Assembly (NCBI GenBank): GCA_947628205.1
Contig: CANQYX010000001.1
Span: forward strand, 4,380 to 68,379
Length of the DNA: 64,000 nucleotides
Direction: 5' to 3'
Source of the DNA: an uncultured Clostridia bacterium
GTDB taxonomy: Bacteria; Bacillota; Clostridia; Christensenellales; UBA1242
Shown here piece by piece: positions 1-9,885 of the stretch. The notes under the pieces were generated by a model. That model did no database searches, was not told the DNA's origin, and saw only the letters and a program-made list of their open reading frames with translations. A program made the translations under genes and the position numbers. Within the stretch, counting starts at the first letter, position 1. Each line of letters opens with the position of its first letter.

Positions 1-305
1 ACATCCCAGAAGGGATGGCGGTAAGTTTCCCTTTAAAAAAAGATGTGGGCAACAAAAAAGCGTTTTTTATGGGCGTTTTAAGCGGCGTGGTTGAGCCAAT
101 TTTTGCCATTTTAGGTCTGCTTATGGCAACTCAATTAGAAAGTTTAATGCCGTTTTTCTTAACATTCGCTGCCGGTTTAATGATTTTTGTAACGGTGGAT
201 GATATTATCCCCGAAAGCAAATTTGCTAGCCCCACGCATATAGGCGGAATTAGTTTTGTTGTTGGTTTCGTTTTAATGATGATTTTGGAAATGTTGTTAG
301 GATAA
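1..305 (+). CDS. ZIP-family divalent metal transporter, C-terminal part (5' end lies outside the window)
   Basis: The frame is open back to base 3 (IPEGMAV...), matching the conserved ZIP 'PEG(L/M)A' segment. Hydrophobic helices follow, then ...TVDDIIPES. Confidence 0.8.
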   Translation, partial: IPEGMAVSFPLKKDVGNKKAFFMGVLSGVVEPIFAILGLLMATQLESLMPFFLTFAAGLMIFVTVDDIIPESKFASPTHIGGISFVVGFVLMMILEMLLG

Positions 306-351
306 ATTAAAAATTGGTTTTAAATTTGGCTTTTAGGTTCATAAAAATAGT

Positions 352-687
352 ATGACCAAAAATAAATTAAAACTATCATTAATGGATAATTATCTTGCCC
401 TTTTAAAAATAATAATTTTGTGCAACGCACACCCAACAAAAGAAACGCAAAATTTGTTATCCGAAACCACCTTTCAACTAAAAATGTTAAAAAAATTGTT
501 TTGTAAATTAAATTTGGCAGATTTTTCCTTTTCCGTGTTTGAAAGCGAACTAGTAAAAATCAAAGCCCAAAAAACGCCCGCGTTTGACGAAAAAGATATT
601 GAAAATCAATATAAAAATTTGGCAAAAATAAACCAAAACACAATATACACCATGAACAAATTGTTAAAAATTAAACCACAGGCATAA
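352..687 (+). CDS. hypothetical protein
   Basis: ATG-initiated 111-aa ORF with no recognisable motif and no clear RBS. Confidence 0.35.
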   Translation: MTKNKLKLSLMDNYLALLKIIILCNAHPTKETQNLLSETTFQLKMLKKLFCKLNLADFSFSVFESELVKIKAQKTPAFDEKDIENQYKNLAKINQNTIYTMNKLLKIKPQA

Positions 688-770
688 AAATTGCGCCAAA
701 ATTTTGTAAAACACTAGGTTTAAAATTTACTTTACTTTATTTCATAAAAGTGCTATTCTTTAAATAACTT

Positions 771-1553
771 ATGAGTAAAAAAAGAAAACATCGCACTTTA
801 TATGAAATTTTTTTTAAACGCTTTTTTGACGTTTTTTTGTCGATTATTGCCTTATTGCTGCTTTCGCCCGTGATTATAATTGTTTACATAATAAATTTGT
901 TTGTGTTAAAGGGCAACCCAATTTTTGCCCAATATCGCCCCGGGAAAGGCGGCAAAATATTTAAATTATACAAGTTCCGCAGCATGACAAATGCAGTGGA
1001 CAAAGATGGCAATCCGCTGCCAGACGAACAACGCGTTACAAAATTTGGCAAATTTATAAGGAAATTCAGTTTGGACGAACTTCCGCAATTAATAAACATA
1101 ATTAAAGGGGACATGAGCATTGTTGGCCCGCGCCCGCGAATAATTAAAGATGTGATATTCTACGATGAATATGCTTTAAAAGCTTATTCCGTTCGCCCGG
1201 GGTTGACTGGGCTTTCGCAAATTTCGGGTGGCAGGTCAACCGCCCCATTTGAAGATATTATTGAAATGGATGTTGCCTACACCGAACACATTACCCTTTT
1301 TAACGATTTAAAAATTATTTTTAAAACTTTTGGTGTGCTGTTCACCGGCTCTTCCACTGGGGGGGGGCAGCTTGATGGCCGCCAAGATTATTATTACTCA
1401 TCCTATTTGCTTAGAACGGGCAAAATTTCCCAACAGCAATATGAAGAGGGTGTAAAATTGGCAGATAACATAATAGAAACAGCAGGCAAAGTTACCTATC
1501 AAAAAAATTTACACAATTCCGCTTTGCCAAACGAGGATGAAATAAACGAATAA
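771..1553 (+). CDS. polyprenyl-phosphate sugar-phosphate transferase (small monotopic PGT, Bac_transf/WbaP-EpsL-PglC type) with a C-terminal extension
   Basis: N-terminal FKRFFDVFLS + re-entrant helix, KLYKFRSM, DELPQLINIIKGDMSIVGPRP. Confidence 0.9.
   Translation: MSKKRKHRTLYEIFFKRFFDVFLSIIALLLLSPVIIIVYIINLFVLKGNPIFAQYRPGKGGKIFKLYKFRSMTNAVDKDGNPLPDEQRVTKFGKFIRKFSLDELPQLINIIKGDMSIVGPRPRIIKDVIFYDEYALKAYSVRPGLTGLSQISGGRSTAPFEDIIEMDVAYTEHITLFNDLKIIFKTFGVLFTGSSTGGGQLDGRQDYYYSSYLLRTGKISQQQYEEGVKLADNIIETAGKVTYQKNLHNSALPNEDEINE
1359..1367 (+). repeat. G9 homopolymer inside the PGT gene, currently in frame (encodes GGG)
   Basis: Read directly: actGGGGGGGGGcag. Codons 1359-1367 are in phase with the start at 771. 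Confidence 0.95.
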
Positions 1554-1599
1554 AATTTAGCCAAAGCAACAAAAAAACCAACCTAAAATGGTTGATTTT

Positions 1600-2940
1600 T
1601 TATTTTGTTTGTTGCGGTTTAGTTTTACAATTGCAAAATAAAATTTGGCACACCAGTATAAGCATAAATATGTTGTTAACTTGAAAAGTGTTGTCGGTTA
1701 AACTTTCAATTAAAAACCAAATAAAAGGCAGCCATGCGGCAAATTTTGGGCGCGAGCAATTAAGCTCTTTAATCATAAGAATTGCAATTGCGCATAGTGC
1801 CACAATTCCCACCAAACCGAACCTATAAATCAGCATAACAACAAAGCTGTGGGTGTCGTAACTATGGTTTATAGCTTGTATAAAAAGTTTTGGCCCAAAC
1901 ATGCCCTGCCCAAACAGGATGGTGGCAGGCGTTTCCGCCCATTTTTTTAGATATGCCAACCAAATTTCCGATCTGCCAGTTGTAAGCGCATTTAAAAAGT
2001 TGCCATTTTCAACATCGCTAAATCGTTTAAACACGTCTAAAATTGGGCGATACGAAATTCCCAAAACCACCAGCAAAACAAGCGCAAAAAGTGCGACATA
2101 TTTAATTCGCTTTTTAAAATTTTGGCAGGTGTAAGCAACAATAAAAATTAAACTGAAAAGCGCAAGCAAACAAATGGCAGTTTTAGAAATTGTGGATAAA
2201 ATCATTGTGGCACAAATAAGGTAAATTAGCGAAAATTTTAAAATGCCCAGTTTGTTGGAAATTGCCAAAAACATGTAATATGTAAGCACAACAAAAACTC
2301 GCATGTAATAATAGTTTGGGCAGTTTGTAAACGAACAAAAGCGGTTGCCCCAAAATGGATGATATTGATAATGCGGAATTTTAAACAACGCCAACGCCAG
2401 CACGCTGGAAACAACAAGCCCAACAAACAAATAATTTATTGCCAAATGAATGTCGAACTCTTTGCGCATGGCAAACACGCAATAAATAAGCGGCAAATAA
2501 GCAAGATACGCCAGCGCACCCATATATATTGGCTTGTGCAAAAAACTTATAAGCGAGCCAAACGCAATTAGCCCAAGCATAATAAAGAAAATTTCGCAAT
2601 AAAACTTATATCTTTTTTTGGTTAGCCCAATTATGTATTTAATAATTAAAGCCAAGGTGTAACAAAACACGGTTGCCATAAGGCAGGAATACCAGCCCAA
2701 ATTGCTAAGCCCGTAGCAGTGCAAATACACAAAAAGGCAAAACCCCTGTTTAACTGGCAAAAACAAAAAGGCAAAAAACGCAACAACAGGCACGCCAATT
2801 TCAACCCACCTGTTAAACCCGCTTGCCAAATAAATTAAGGTTAACAAAAAACAACAAATAACCGTTTTGTTTGTTAAAAATTTTTTTATTAAAACAGCAA
2901 AATTCTTTTTGTTTTTTGTTGTGTTTTCCAACTTTTCCAT
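1600..2940 (-). CDS. O-antigen ligase/polymerase-like (Wzy_C-type) polytopic membrane protein
   Basis: About 10-12 hydrophobic helices. GRSEIW...LFGQG...THSFVVMLIYRFGLVG resembles the Wzy_C loop/helix signature. RBS aaggtg precedes the ATG. Confidence 0.7.
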   Translation of the reverse strand: MEKLENTTKNKKNFAVLIKKFLTNKTVICCFLLTLIYLASGFNRWVEIGVPVVAFFAFLFLPVKQGFCLFVYLHCYGLSNLGWYSCLMATVFCYTLALIIKYIIGLTKKRYKFYCEIFFIMLGLIAFGSLISFLHKPIYMGALAYLAYLPLIYCVFAMRKEFDIHLAINYLFVGLVVSSVLALALFKIPHYQYHPFWGNRFCSFTNCPNYYYMRVFVVLTYYMFLAISNKLGILKFSLIYLICATMILSTISKTAICLLALFSLIFIVAYTCQNFKKRIKYVALFALVLLVVLGISYRPILDVFKRFSDVENGNFLNALTTGRSEIWLAYLKKWAETPATILFGQGMFGPKLFIQAINHSYDTHSFVVMLIYRFGLVGIVALCAIAILMIKELNCSRPKFAAWLPFIWFLIESLTDNTFQVNNIFMLILVCQILFCNCKTKPQQTK

Positions 2941-3109
2941 AACACCTTAGTGCAAAAAAATTATTATTTTAACACGCTTATTATATCACACGCAAAGTGC
3001 ATTTTCAAACTATTTCTGCCAACAAAATTAAAAATATTTTTAATAATAAAAAACCCTTTACAAATTTGTCGTAAAATGTTATAATTATTGTAGTTTTTTA
3101 AGGTATATT

Positions 3110-3892
3110 ATGGATTCAAAAATTATAATTGCATTGCATAAGCAGTTTAACACTCCAAACAGCGAATTATATTTGCCTTTGCATGTTGGCGCGCAAACTT
3201 CAAAAGAAAATTTAAATTTTCAAAAGGATAATGAGGGCGAAAACATCTCGGATAAAAACCCATATTTTTGCGAGTTAACCGGCCTTTATTGGGCGTGGAA
3301 CAATTTAAACGCGGATGCAATTGGCCTTGTGCATTATAGGCGATATTTGCGCGGCAAAGAAAAGTTTTCGCTTGGCGGCAAAACCAAACACATTCTATCC
3401 AAGCCCGAACTGGACAATTTGCTTTTAAAAGCGGATGTGGTTTTGCCAAAGAAAAGGAATTATTTTATTGAAACGCTATATTCGCACTATGCCCACACCC
3501 TTTATGTTGAGCCACTGGAGGTAACTGGCAAAATTATTGCAGAGCATTACCCCGCCTATTTAAAAGAGTTTGAAAATCTTAAACGCCGCAGAAGTGCGCA
3601 CATGTTTAACATGTTTGTTATGAAAAGAGAGCTTTTAAACAAATATTGCACTTGGCTGTTTAGCATTTTGTTTGAGCTGGAAAAACGCATTGATGTTAGT
3701 AAATACGATAGTTTCCACGCGCGCTTTTTTGGCAGAGTTAGCGAACTGCTGTTGGATGTATATTTATTAACCAACAAAATAAAGTTTGTTGAGCAGCCAG
3801 TTGAAAACCTAGATAAAGTTAACTTTTTTAAAAAGGCATTTAGCTTTATTAAGGCAAAATTTACCAATAAAAAATATGAAAAAAGTTTTTAG
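3110..3892 (+). CDS. DUF4422-type glycosyltransferase-like protein
   Basis: YFCELTGLYWAWNN...GLVHYRRY motif block, typical of DUF4422 polysaccharide-locus proteins. Confidence 0.7.
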   Translation: MDSKIIIALHKQFNTPNSELYLPLHVGAQTSKENLNFQKDNEGENISDKNPYFCELTGLYWAWNNLNADAIGLVHYRRYLRGKEKFSLGGKTKHILSKPELDNLLLKADVVLPKKRNYFIETLYSHYAHTLYVEPLEVTGKIIAEHYPAYLKEFENLKRRRSAHMFNMFVMKRELLNKYCTWLFSILFELEKRIDVSKYDSFHARFFGRVSELLLDVYLLTNKIKFVEQPVENLDKVNFFKKAFSFIKAKFTNKKYEKSF

Positions 3893-3932
3893 CATTTATT
3901 TACCGCTAAAAAATTAAAAGGATTTTTACGCT

Positions 3933-5939
3933 ATGGATAAAAAAACAATTGCAGTTGTTGTTACTTATAATCGAAAAGAACTTTTGTTTGAATGCTTAAC
4001 CGCGCTAAAACAGCAAAATGTCGAAAATTTATCGATTTTGGTTGTGGATAATGCCAGCACGGATAACACACACGAACACATTTTAAATTTAATAGACAAT
4101 AAAAAAATTTTTTATTTTAACACTGGCTCAAACTTGGGCGGCGCGGGTGGTTTTAACTTTGGCATGAGAAAGGCAGTTGAAATGGGCTGCGATTATGTTT
4201 GGGTTATGGATGATGACTGCATTGTGCGACAAAACAGTTTGCAAGCGTTGTTAAATTTTGCCAGTTCAATAAACGACGAATTTGGCTTTTTATCCAGCGT
4301 TGTTAAATGGAAAGATGGCTCGGTTTGCAAAATGAACGTGCAAAAAACCAGTTTAAGCAAAAGGGTTGAAAATTTTGAGTTCGATCAGGAAATTAAATTG
4401 GCTTCGTTTGTTTCGCTTTTCATAAAGGCAAAAACAATTTGTGAACTGGGGCTTCCTATTAAAGATTTCTTCATTTGGGGGGATGATTGGGAATATACAA
4501 ATCGCATTTCTAAAAAATATTCTTCGTATTTGGTGGCGAATAGTGTGGTTACGCACAAATCCAACTCGAATGTGGGTGTGGACATTTCGCAAGACAGCTC
4601 TTCTAGGTTGGATAGATATTTTTACGCATATAGAAACGAGAGATATTTTTATAGAAAATCGGGCTTTAAGGGCAAATTATATCAATTTCTTAAAGTTTGT
4701 TTGCACATTAAGCGCATTTTATTTTCAAAATGCAAAAACAAAAAATCTAAACTAAACATTATGTTTAAGGGCTTAAAGGCAGGCAAAAAATTTAATCCGC
4801 CAATTGAATATGTTTACACCGAGCAACACCCACTTAAAGTTTTAGAATTTTCCGCCGAGCCATTTAATTATGCTGGGCAGGGCGCGTTTATTTTAAATAT
4901 GTTTAGAAACTTCTGCCAAAAAAACATAAAATACACCTTATGCACTCCGTTTGAAACCAGTTATCAAGACCTTATAGATTTGGCAAAATCGCGCAACGTG
5001 GAAATTTTAACTTTTAACAAAGAGCACGAATCTAAAAAGCGAAAAAAATATGTAACCGATTGTGCAAAACATGTTTTAAAAAACAACAATTTTGATGTTG
5101 TTCACGTTCACTCGGGCAGCATATTTTCGCTTTTATCGGTGGCAAAAATTGCCAAAAAGGCAGGTGCAAAAAAAGTTATTGTGCATTCACACAACACCGG
5201 CACAAAAAGTTTAAAATATAAATTAATTAAATTTGTTTCGGACAGGCAAATTTGCAAATATGCCGATGTGTTCCTTGCTTGTTCGGACGAGGCCGCGAAA
5301 TGGAAATTCCCTAAAAAAATAATTAAAAACAAAAATTACACTGTAATAAAAAATGGAATAAACACTGCCGCTTATGTCTTTAACCAAAAAACACGAGATG
5401 ATTATAGGCATCAATTTAATTTGGGTTCAGAATTAACCTTGTGTCACGTTGGCAGATTTGCCGAACAAAAAAACCATGAATTTATTGTTAAAATTGCCAA
5501 ATCACTTAAAGAAAAAAATGTCGAATTTAAATGTATTTTAGTTGGCGATGGCCCGCTAAAAAACCACATTTTAAATTGCATTGCTGCGCAAAATTTAACC
5601 AACAATTTTGTTTTCTTAGAAAAGCGAGACGATGTTGCAAAAATTTTGATGGCAGGCGACATTTTTGTGTTCCCTTCCATATTTGAAGGGTTGGGCATTG
5701 TGGCAATTGAGGCACAGGCAAGCGGATTGTTAACGCTGTGTTCAAGCGAAATTCCGCCCGAGGCATTTTTAACAAATTTGGCAGAAAGGTTAAACTTAAA
5801 CTCGGTGGATGAGTGGGTTGAAAAAATTGTTAATTTTAAACCAGTTTTAAATAGGCAAAACTATGCCAATCTCGTTGCCGAAACGGGATACGATGCAAAA
5901 CTATCGGCAACTGTTTTGGAAAAAATTTATTTAAAATAA
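3933..5939 (+). CDS. bifunctional glycosyltransferase, N-terminal GT2 fused to C-terminal GT4 (Glycos_transf_1)
   Basis: N-terminus: AVVVTYNRKELL...VVDNASTDNT...VMDDDC. C-terminus: HVGRFAEQKNH...GDGPL...FPSIFEGLGIVAIEAQASGL. Confidence 0.85.
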   Translation: MDKKTIAVVVTYNRKELLFECLTALKQQNVENLSILVVDNASTDNTHEHILNLIDNKKIFYFNTGSNLGGAGGFNFGMRKAVEMGCDYVWVMDDDCIVRQNSLQALLNFASSINDEFGFLSSVVKWKDGSVCKMNVQKTSLSKRVENFEFDQEIKLASFVSLFIKAKTICELGLPIKDFFIWGDDWEYTNRISKKYSSYLVANSVVTHKSNSNVGVDISQDSSSRLDRYFYAYRNERYFYRKSGFKGKLYQFLKVCLHIKRILFSKCKNKKSKLNIMFKGLKAGKKFNPPIEYVYTEQHPLKVLEFSAEPFNYAGQGAFILNMFRNFCQKNIKYTLCTPFETSYQDLIDLAKSRNVEILTFNKEHESKKRKKYVTDCAKHVLKNNNFDVVHVHSGSIFSLLSVAKIAKKAGAKKVIVHSHNTGTKSLKYKLIKFVSDRQICKYADVFLACSDEAAKWKFPKKIIKNKNYTVIKNGINTAAYVFNQKTRDDYRHQFNLGSELTLCHVGRFAEQKNHEFIVKIAKSLKEKNVEFKCILVGDGPLKNHILNCIAAQNLTNNFVFLEKRDDVAKILMAGDIFVFPSIFEGLGIVAIEAQASGLLTLCSSEIPPEAFLTNLAERLNLNSVDEWVEKIVNFKPVLNRQNYANLVAETGYDAKLSATVLEKIYLK

Positions 5940-5948
5940 GGAGAACAC

Positions 5949-8225
5949 ATGAAAAACTTTGTGGAAAAAAATTACAACTGGCTTATATATGTAAATTTAT
6001 TTTTCTTGTTGTTATTCCCATATCAGCAATCTATTCTTTCTAAAATCAATGGCCTGTTTTGGCTGTTTTATTATCTGTTTTTTGTGGCAACCCTTTTTGT
6101 TTTGCATTTTAACGACATCAAAAAAAATATTGGCAAAACAAAATATATCCTTGCAGTTTTGTTCATTTTGGCAATTGTAATTTTGCTTAGAAATGGCGAC
6201 ATAAAATATCATCATTTTGGCAGCCCGTTTTACTCTTTAATTATTTTGCCCATAGTGGCAATATTAATCCACACAAAAAAATGGATTAGGCCGGCACTAA
6301 ATTTAATGATTGGCTTTGGCCTGTTCCACGTGTTTTTCACTTTCCTTTTTTTGATGATGCCAAATTTTTATTCGGCACACATAATTCCGCTTTTCCCAGA
6401 TTTTTATAATGAACTAACCTATCAATTTGAACATCATCAAGCGGCGGGCTTTACTTGGCATTACAGCACAAACGCATCAATTTTGTTGTTAACAATTATT
6501 GCATTAAATGCAAAATTGATTATGACAAAAAAATCAAGCAAAAAGAAATACTTTTTAATATTCTTGTTAATTATAACCTGCGTTGCGTTGTTGTTAACCG
6601 GAAAACGCGCGCACGTGTTGTTCCTTTGCGTTGCCGAATGTGTGCTTTACATTTTGCTAAACAAACATAACCTTAAACGTGCATTTTTAAAACTTTTTGC
6701 CTTTGGTTGTTGCTTAGGGGTGGTAGTTTTGGTTTTGGCGTTTGCCTTCCCTGCGCTGGCGCAACCTTTTGTGCGCCTTTTCACTGGCTTGGCAGATGGC
6801 AGTTTGTTTGATACGCGCCGGCCAATGATTGAACTTGCAATTGAATTAATTTCTAAAAAACCAATTTTTGGCTTTGGCTGGGGAAATTATAAATATTTTT
6901 ATCACAACCAAATTGTTAATAGAGAAAGAGAATATATGGACGCCCACAACATATATTTGCAAATGCTTTCAGAAATAGGCATTGTTGGCACAATTTTCAT
7001 TTTGGCGTTGATGATTATTGTTTTTGTTGTGGCAATAAAACAATTAAACAACAACAAAGAAGATAATGGTGCGGTTGGGGCGTTTATATTAATGCATTGC
7101 TACACCTTAATGGAAGGGCTTGTTGGCAATTCGATATACGATGTTCAGCAAACTTTGCCATACATGTTGTTGATGACAATGATGCTTGCAATTTCTGTGT
7201 ATAACGATAGAGAAACTGTTAGTTTTGTGCCAAAGGCAACTAAAAAAGTGTTATCGATTAGTGTGGCGTGTTACAATTTGGGAAACATGATTGAAACCAA
7301 CATTAAATCGTTTTGCGAATCTCCAGTGGCTGACAAAATTGAACTTATTATAACCGACGATGGCAGCAAGGACAACACGCCCGAAATTGTTGAAAAATAT
7401 GTTAAAAAATATCCTAATACCATTAAGTTTATAAAAAAGAAAAATGAAGGCCCCGGCTCAACTGTTAATTCAGGCATAAAACACGCAACCGGAAAATATT
7501 TTAGGATGGTTGACGGGGATGATTGGGTTGAAACAAAAAATTTGGCAGAATATGTTGCCCTGCTTGAATCGGTCGATGTGGACATGGTTGTAAGCGATTA
7601 TGAAATTTATAACAACAGCACAAAGCAAATTATAAAAACAGAAAAATGCAATTTGCCACAAAACACAGTTTTAAATTTTAACGATGTTTATTTAAGCTTG
7701 CCAAACCAAATGCACGCAATTGCTTATAAAACCAGCATATTAAAAAATAACGTTGTTTTGGATAACTGCTTTTACACCGATGTGGAATATGTGTTGTTGC
7801 CTGTTCAGCAAGCCAAAACGTTGGTTTACTTTAACAAGCCAATTTATGTTTATCGCGTTGCGCAGGCAAATCAAAGCGTAAGCCCTGCCAGCATGATTAA
7901 AAATTTAAATCAACATGAAAAAGTGCTTGTCCGCCTTTTAACCGTTTTGGAAAAGAACAAAAAAACCTATCAGGATGGTAATTGCTTTTATATAACAAAT
8001 CGCTTGGCAGAAATGGCGAACATCAATTTGTTAACCTTGCTGATGCTTGAAACAAACGAAGAAAACAAAAAACGAATTAAAAATTTCTTTGCATATTTAA
8101 AAGCAAAAGATGCCGATGTGTATAAAATGTTTTCTAAAAGCAAAAAGGCAATGATTTTAAAATATTCCAATTTTGCGCTATACAAATTTGCGGCCAATAA
8201 AGTTAAAAATAAGGTAAAACTATGA
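5949..8225 (+). CDS. fusion of a Wzy/O-antigen-ligase-like membrane domain and a C-terminal GT2 glycosyltransferase
   Basis: N-terminal polytopic region with LTGKRAH...GFGWGNY...DAHNIYLQMLSEIGIVG. C-terminus: LSISVACYN...ITDDGSKDNT...RMVDGDDW. Confidence 0.8.
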   Translation: MKNFVEKNYNWLIYVNLFFLLLFPYQQSILSKINGLFWLFYYLFFVATLFVLHFNDIKKNIGKTKYILAVLFILAIVILLRNGDIKYHHFGSPFYSLIILPIVAILIHTKKWIRPALNLMIGFGLFHVFFTFLFLMMPNFYSAHIIPLFPDFYNELTYQFEHHQAAGFTWHYSTNASILLLTIIALNAKLIMTKKSSKKKYFLIFLLIITCVALLLTGKRAHVLFLCVAECVLYILLNKHNLKRAFLKLFAFGCCLGVVVLVLAFAFPALAQPFVRLFTGLADGSLFDTRRPMIELAIELISKKPIFGFGWGNYKYFYHNQIVNREREYMDAHNIYLQMLSEIGIVGTIFILALMIIVFVVAIKQLNNNKEDNGAVGAFILMHCYTLMEGLVGNSIYDVQQTLPYMLLMTMMLAISVYNDRETVSFVPKATKKVLSISVACYNLGNMIETNIKSFCESPVADKIELIITDDGSKDNTPEIVEKYVKKYPNTIKFIKKKNEGPGSTVNSGIKHATGKYFRMVDGDDWVETKNLAEYVALLESVDVDMVVSDYEIYNNSTKQIIKTEKCNLPQNTVLNFNDVYLSLPNQMHAIAYKTSILKNNVVLDNCFYTDVEYVLLPVQQAKTLVYFNKPIYVYRVAQANQSVSPASMIKNLNQHEKVLVRLLTVLEKNKKTYQDGNCFYITNRLAEMANINLLTLLMLETNEENKKRIKNFFAYLKAKDADVYKMFSKSKKAMILKYSNFALYKFAANKVKNKVKL

Positions 8226-9135
8226 ACGTTATAAAAAGTTTTAAAAATTTTGGTTTTAAGCACACCGCAGGAATTATTTTTAACAAAATTTTGTTTAAGT
8301 TAACCAAAAAACAAAAATTTAGAGAAAATATTTTTGCGCTAAACCTTAAATATTTAAATAGGCAGTATGCAAAATTTTTGGTTGACAACCAGCACGAACA
8401 GCTTATTGCCGAAAATGCGCCAATTTTTATTTTTTGGTGGCAAGGTTACAACGCGCAAATGCCAGAAATAGTTAAAGCGTGCATACAAGCCGCAAAAACT
8501 AACAACCCCACAAAAAAAATAATTTTTGTAACCAAAGATAATTTTAGAAAATTGGTAAACATCCCAAATTACATTTTGGAAAAATTAAACAATGGCACAA
8601 TCACAATAACCCATTTTTCAGACATTTTGCGTGCCTCTTTGCTTGTTGAGCGGGGGGGGGTATATGGATTGATGCAACATTATATTGCTTATCCCCATTA
8701 AAAGATTTAAACAAATTTTGTTTTTATACAAACAAATTGCCCGAAAGTGAAAGGTGGAATTTTAATGTTGGAAAAGGCAGGTGGAGTGCGTTTTTCTTGT
8801 GCTGTGGCAAAAACAATACAATTTTGCTAAATTTAAGGAACATCCTTTTTGAATATTGGAAAACGCACAACATTATGCTAGATTACTTTTTAATAGATTA
8901 CATAATAAAGATGTGCGAACAAAATTGCGCTAGTGCAAAGGCAATGATTGAGGCCGTGCCAATTAACAATGTGCATATCCACGATTTACAGCCAATTATG
9001 TTTGAGACATTTAATGAACAGAAATTTAATAAATTAACGAAAGACACTGGTCTATTTAAACTTAGTTATAAATTTGATAAAGAAAATTTAAAAGTTCCAA
9101 ACAGTTTTTATAAACACCTTATAAACAAAAAATAA
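8222..9135 (+). pseudogene. capsular polysaccharide synthesis (Caps_synth-like) glycosyltransferase, split by a frameshift in a G9 tract
   Basis: ORFs 8222-8701 and 8737-9135 are two halves of one protein. The downstream frame reads back as ...IWIDATLYCLSP..., which joins ...LLVERGG at the G tract. Confidence 0.75.
8652..8660 (+). repeat. G9 homopolymer at the frameshift point of the Caps_synth-like gene
   Basis: Read directly: gagcGGGGGGGGGtatatgg. G7 or G10 would give ERGG(G)IWIDAT in one frame. Confidence 0.95.
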
Positions 9136-9160
9136 ATTGCTAACAGCAATTTATTTTTTT
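9131..9160. terminator. bidirectional hairpin terminator between convergent genes
   Basis: aataaattgc-taac-agcaatttatt, flanked by A and T runs. Confidence 0.55.
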
Positions 9161-9885
9161 AAAAATTCTTTAATAAGTGCAATTCTATGTTCGCTAGATG
9201 GTTTAAAATCTTTATATTCCATTTTTAAATATTGATATTTATATGCGCCCAAATTATGCACGCTAAACACCTCTACATCCTTTGGGCAATATTTTTTAAT
9301 TAAATCTTTTATTGCCATTAAATTCTGTTTTGTATAGTTCATTTGGCTAACAATTGGAATTCTAAAAATAATTTTGGCGTTATTGGGTTTTAAATAATCT
9401 AGGTTTTTTAACACCAACTGTAAATCCCCATTTAGTTTTTCTTTAAACTCTTTAAGCGTGGCAATTTTTAAATCCACATAAAACAAATCGATGTATGGCG
9501 CAACTGTGGCTAAATCTTCGTTGTTAACATTAAGCGAAGTTTCCACGCACTGGCTTATGCCCGCGCTTTTTAAATCTTTTAAAAGCGGAATAAGGTTTTT
9601 AAGTTGAAGCAAGCACTCGCCGCCCGAATAGGTTACTCCGCCATCGGACAAATAAAAATCTTTATCCTTTAAAATAATCTCTTTAAGTTGCTCTGCCGAA
9701 TAATATTCGCCCCACGTTTTTTGATTGCCAAATTCGTCTACATAATGTTTAATTTCGGCGGTTAAATTTTCTGGGTTGCAACACCACGGACATCTTAATG
9801 GGCAACCCATGAAGAATATTGTTGTTCTAATGCCGGGGCCATCGTGTAAAGAGAACCTTTGAATGTTACTTATTAGCGCTTTCAT
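9151..9885 (-). CDS. glycyl-radical enzyme activating protein (radical SAM, PflA-like size)
   Basis: N-terminal RFSLHDGPGIRTTIFFMGCPLRCPWCCNPE (CxxxCxxC at 9781-9804). 244 aa. Its start overlaps the upstream GRE ORF by 20 nt. Confidence 0.9.
   Translation of the reverse strand: MKALISNIQRFSLHDGPGIRTTIFFMGCPLRCPWCCNPENLTAEIKHYVDEFGNQKTWGEYYSAEQLKEIILKDKDFYLSDGGVTYSGGECLLQLKNLIPLLKDLKSAGISQCVETSLNVNNEDLATVAPYIDLFYVDLKIATLKEFKEKLNGDLQLVLKNLDYLKPNNAKIIFRIPIVSQMNYTKQNLMAIKDLIKKYCPKDVEVFSVHNLGAYKYQYLKMEYKDFKPSSEHRIALIKEFLKK

Noticed and set aside
884-1120. This ORF and the many other antisense ORFs of 60-180 aa in the track, e.g. 3147-3449, 10521-10787, 16645-17193, 42621-42989, 45483-45944 and 46055-46420.
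   Set aside because: They lie wholly inside, and opposite to, long ORFs with clear family motifs. They are shadow ORFs expected in such coding sequence.
8222-9135. Treating 8222-8701 and 8737-9135 as two separate small genes.
   Set aside because: The second ORF's frame reads back without a stop to the G9 tract and continues the same protein family (..GGIWIDAT..). The second ORF's 'start' is a TTG with no RBS.
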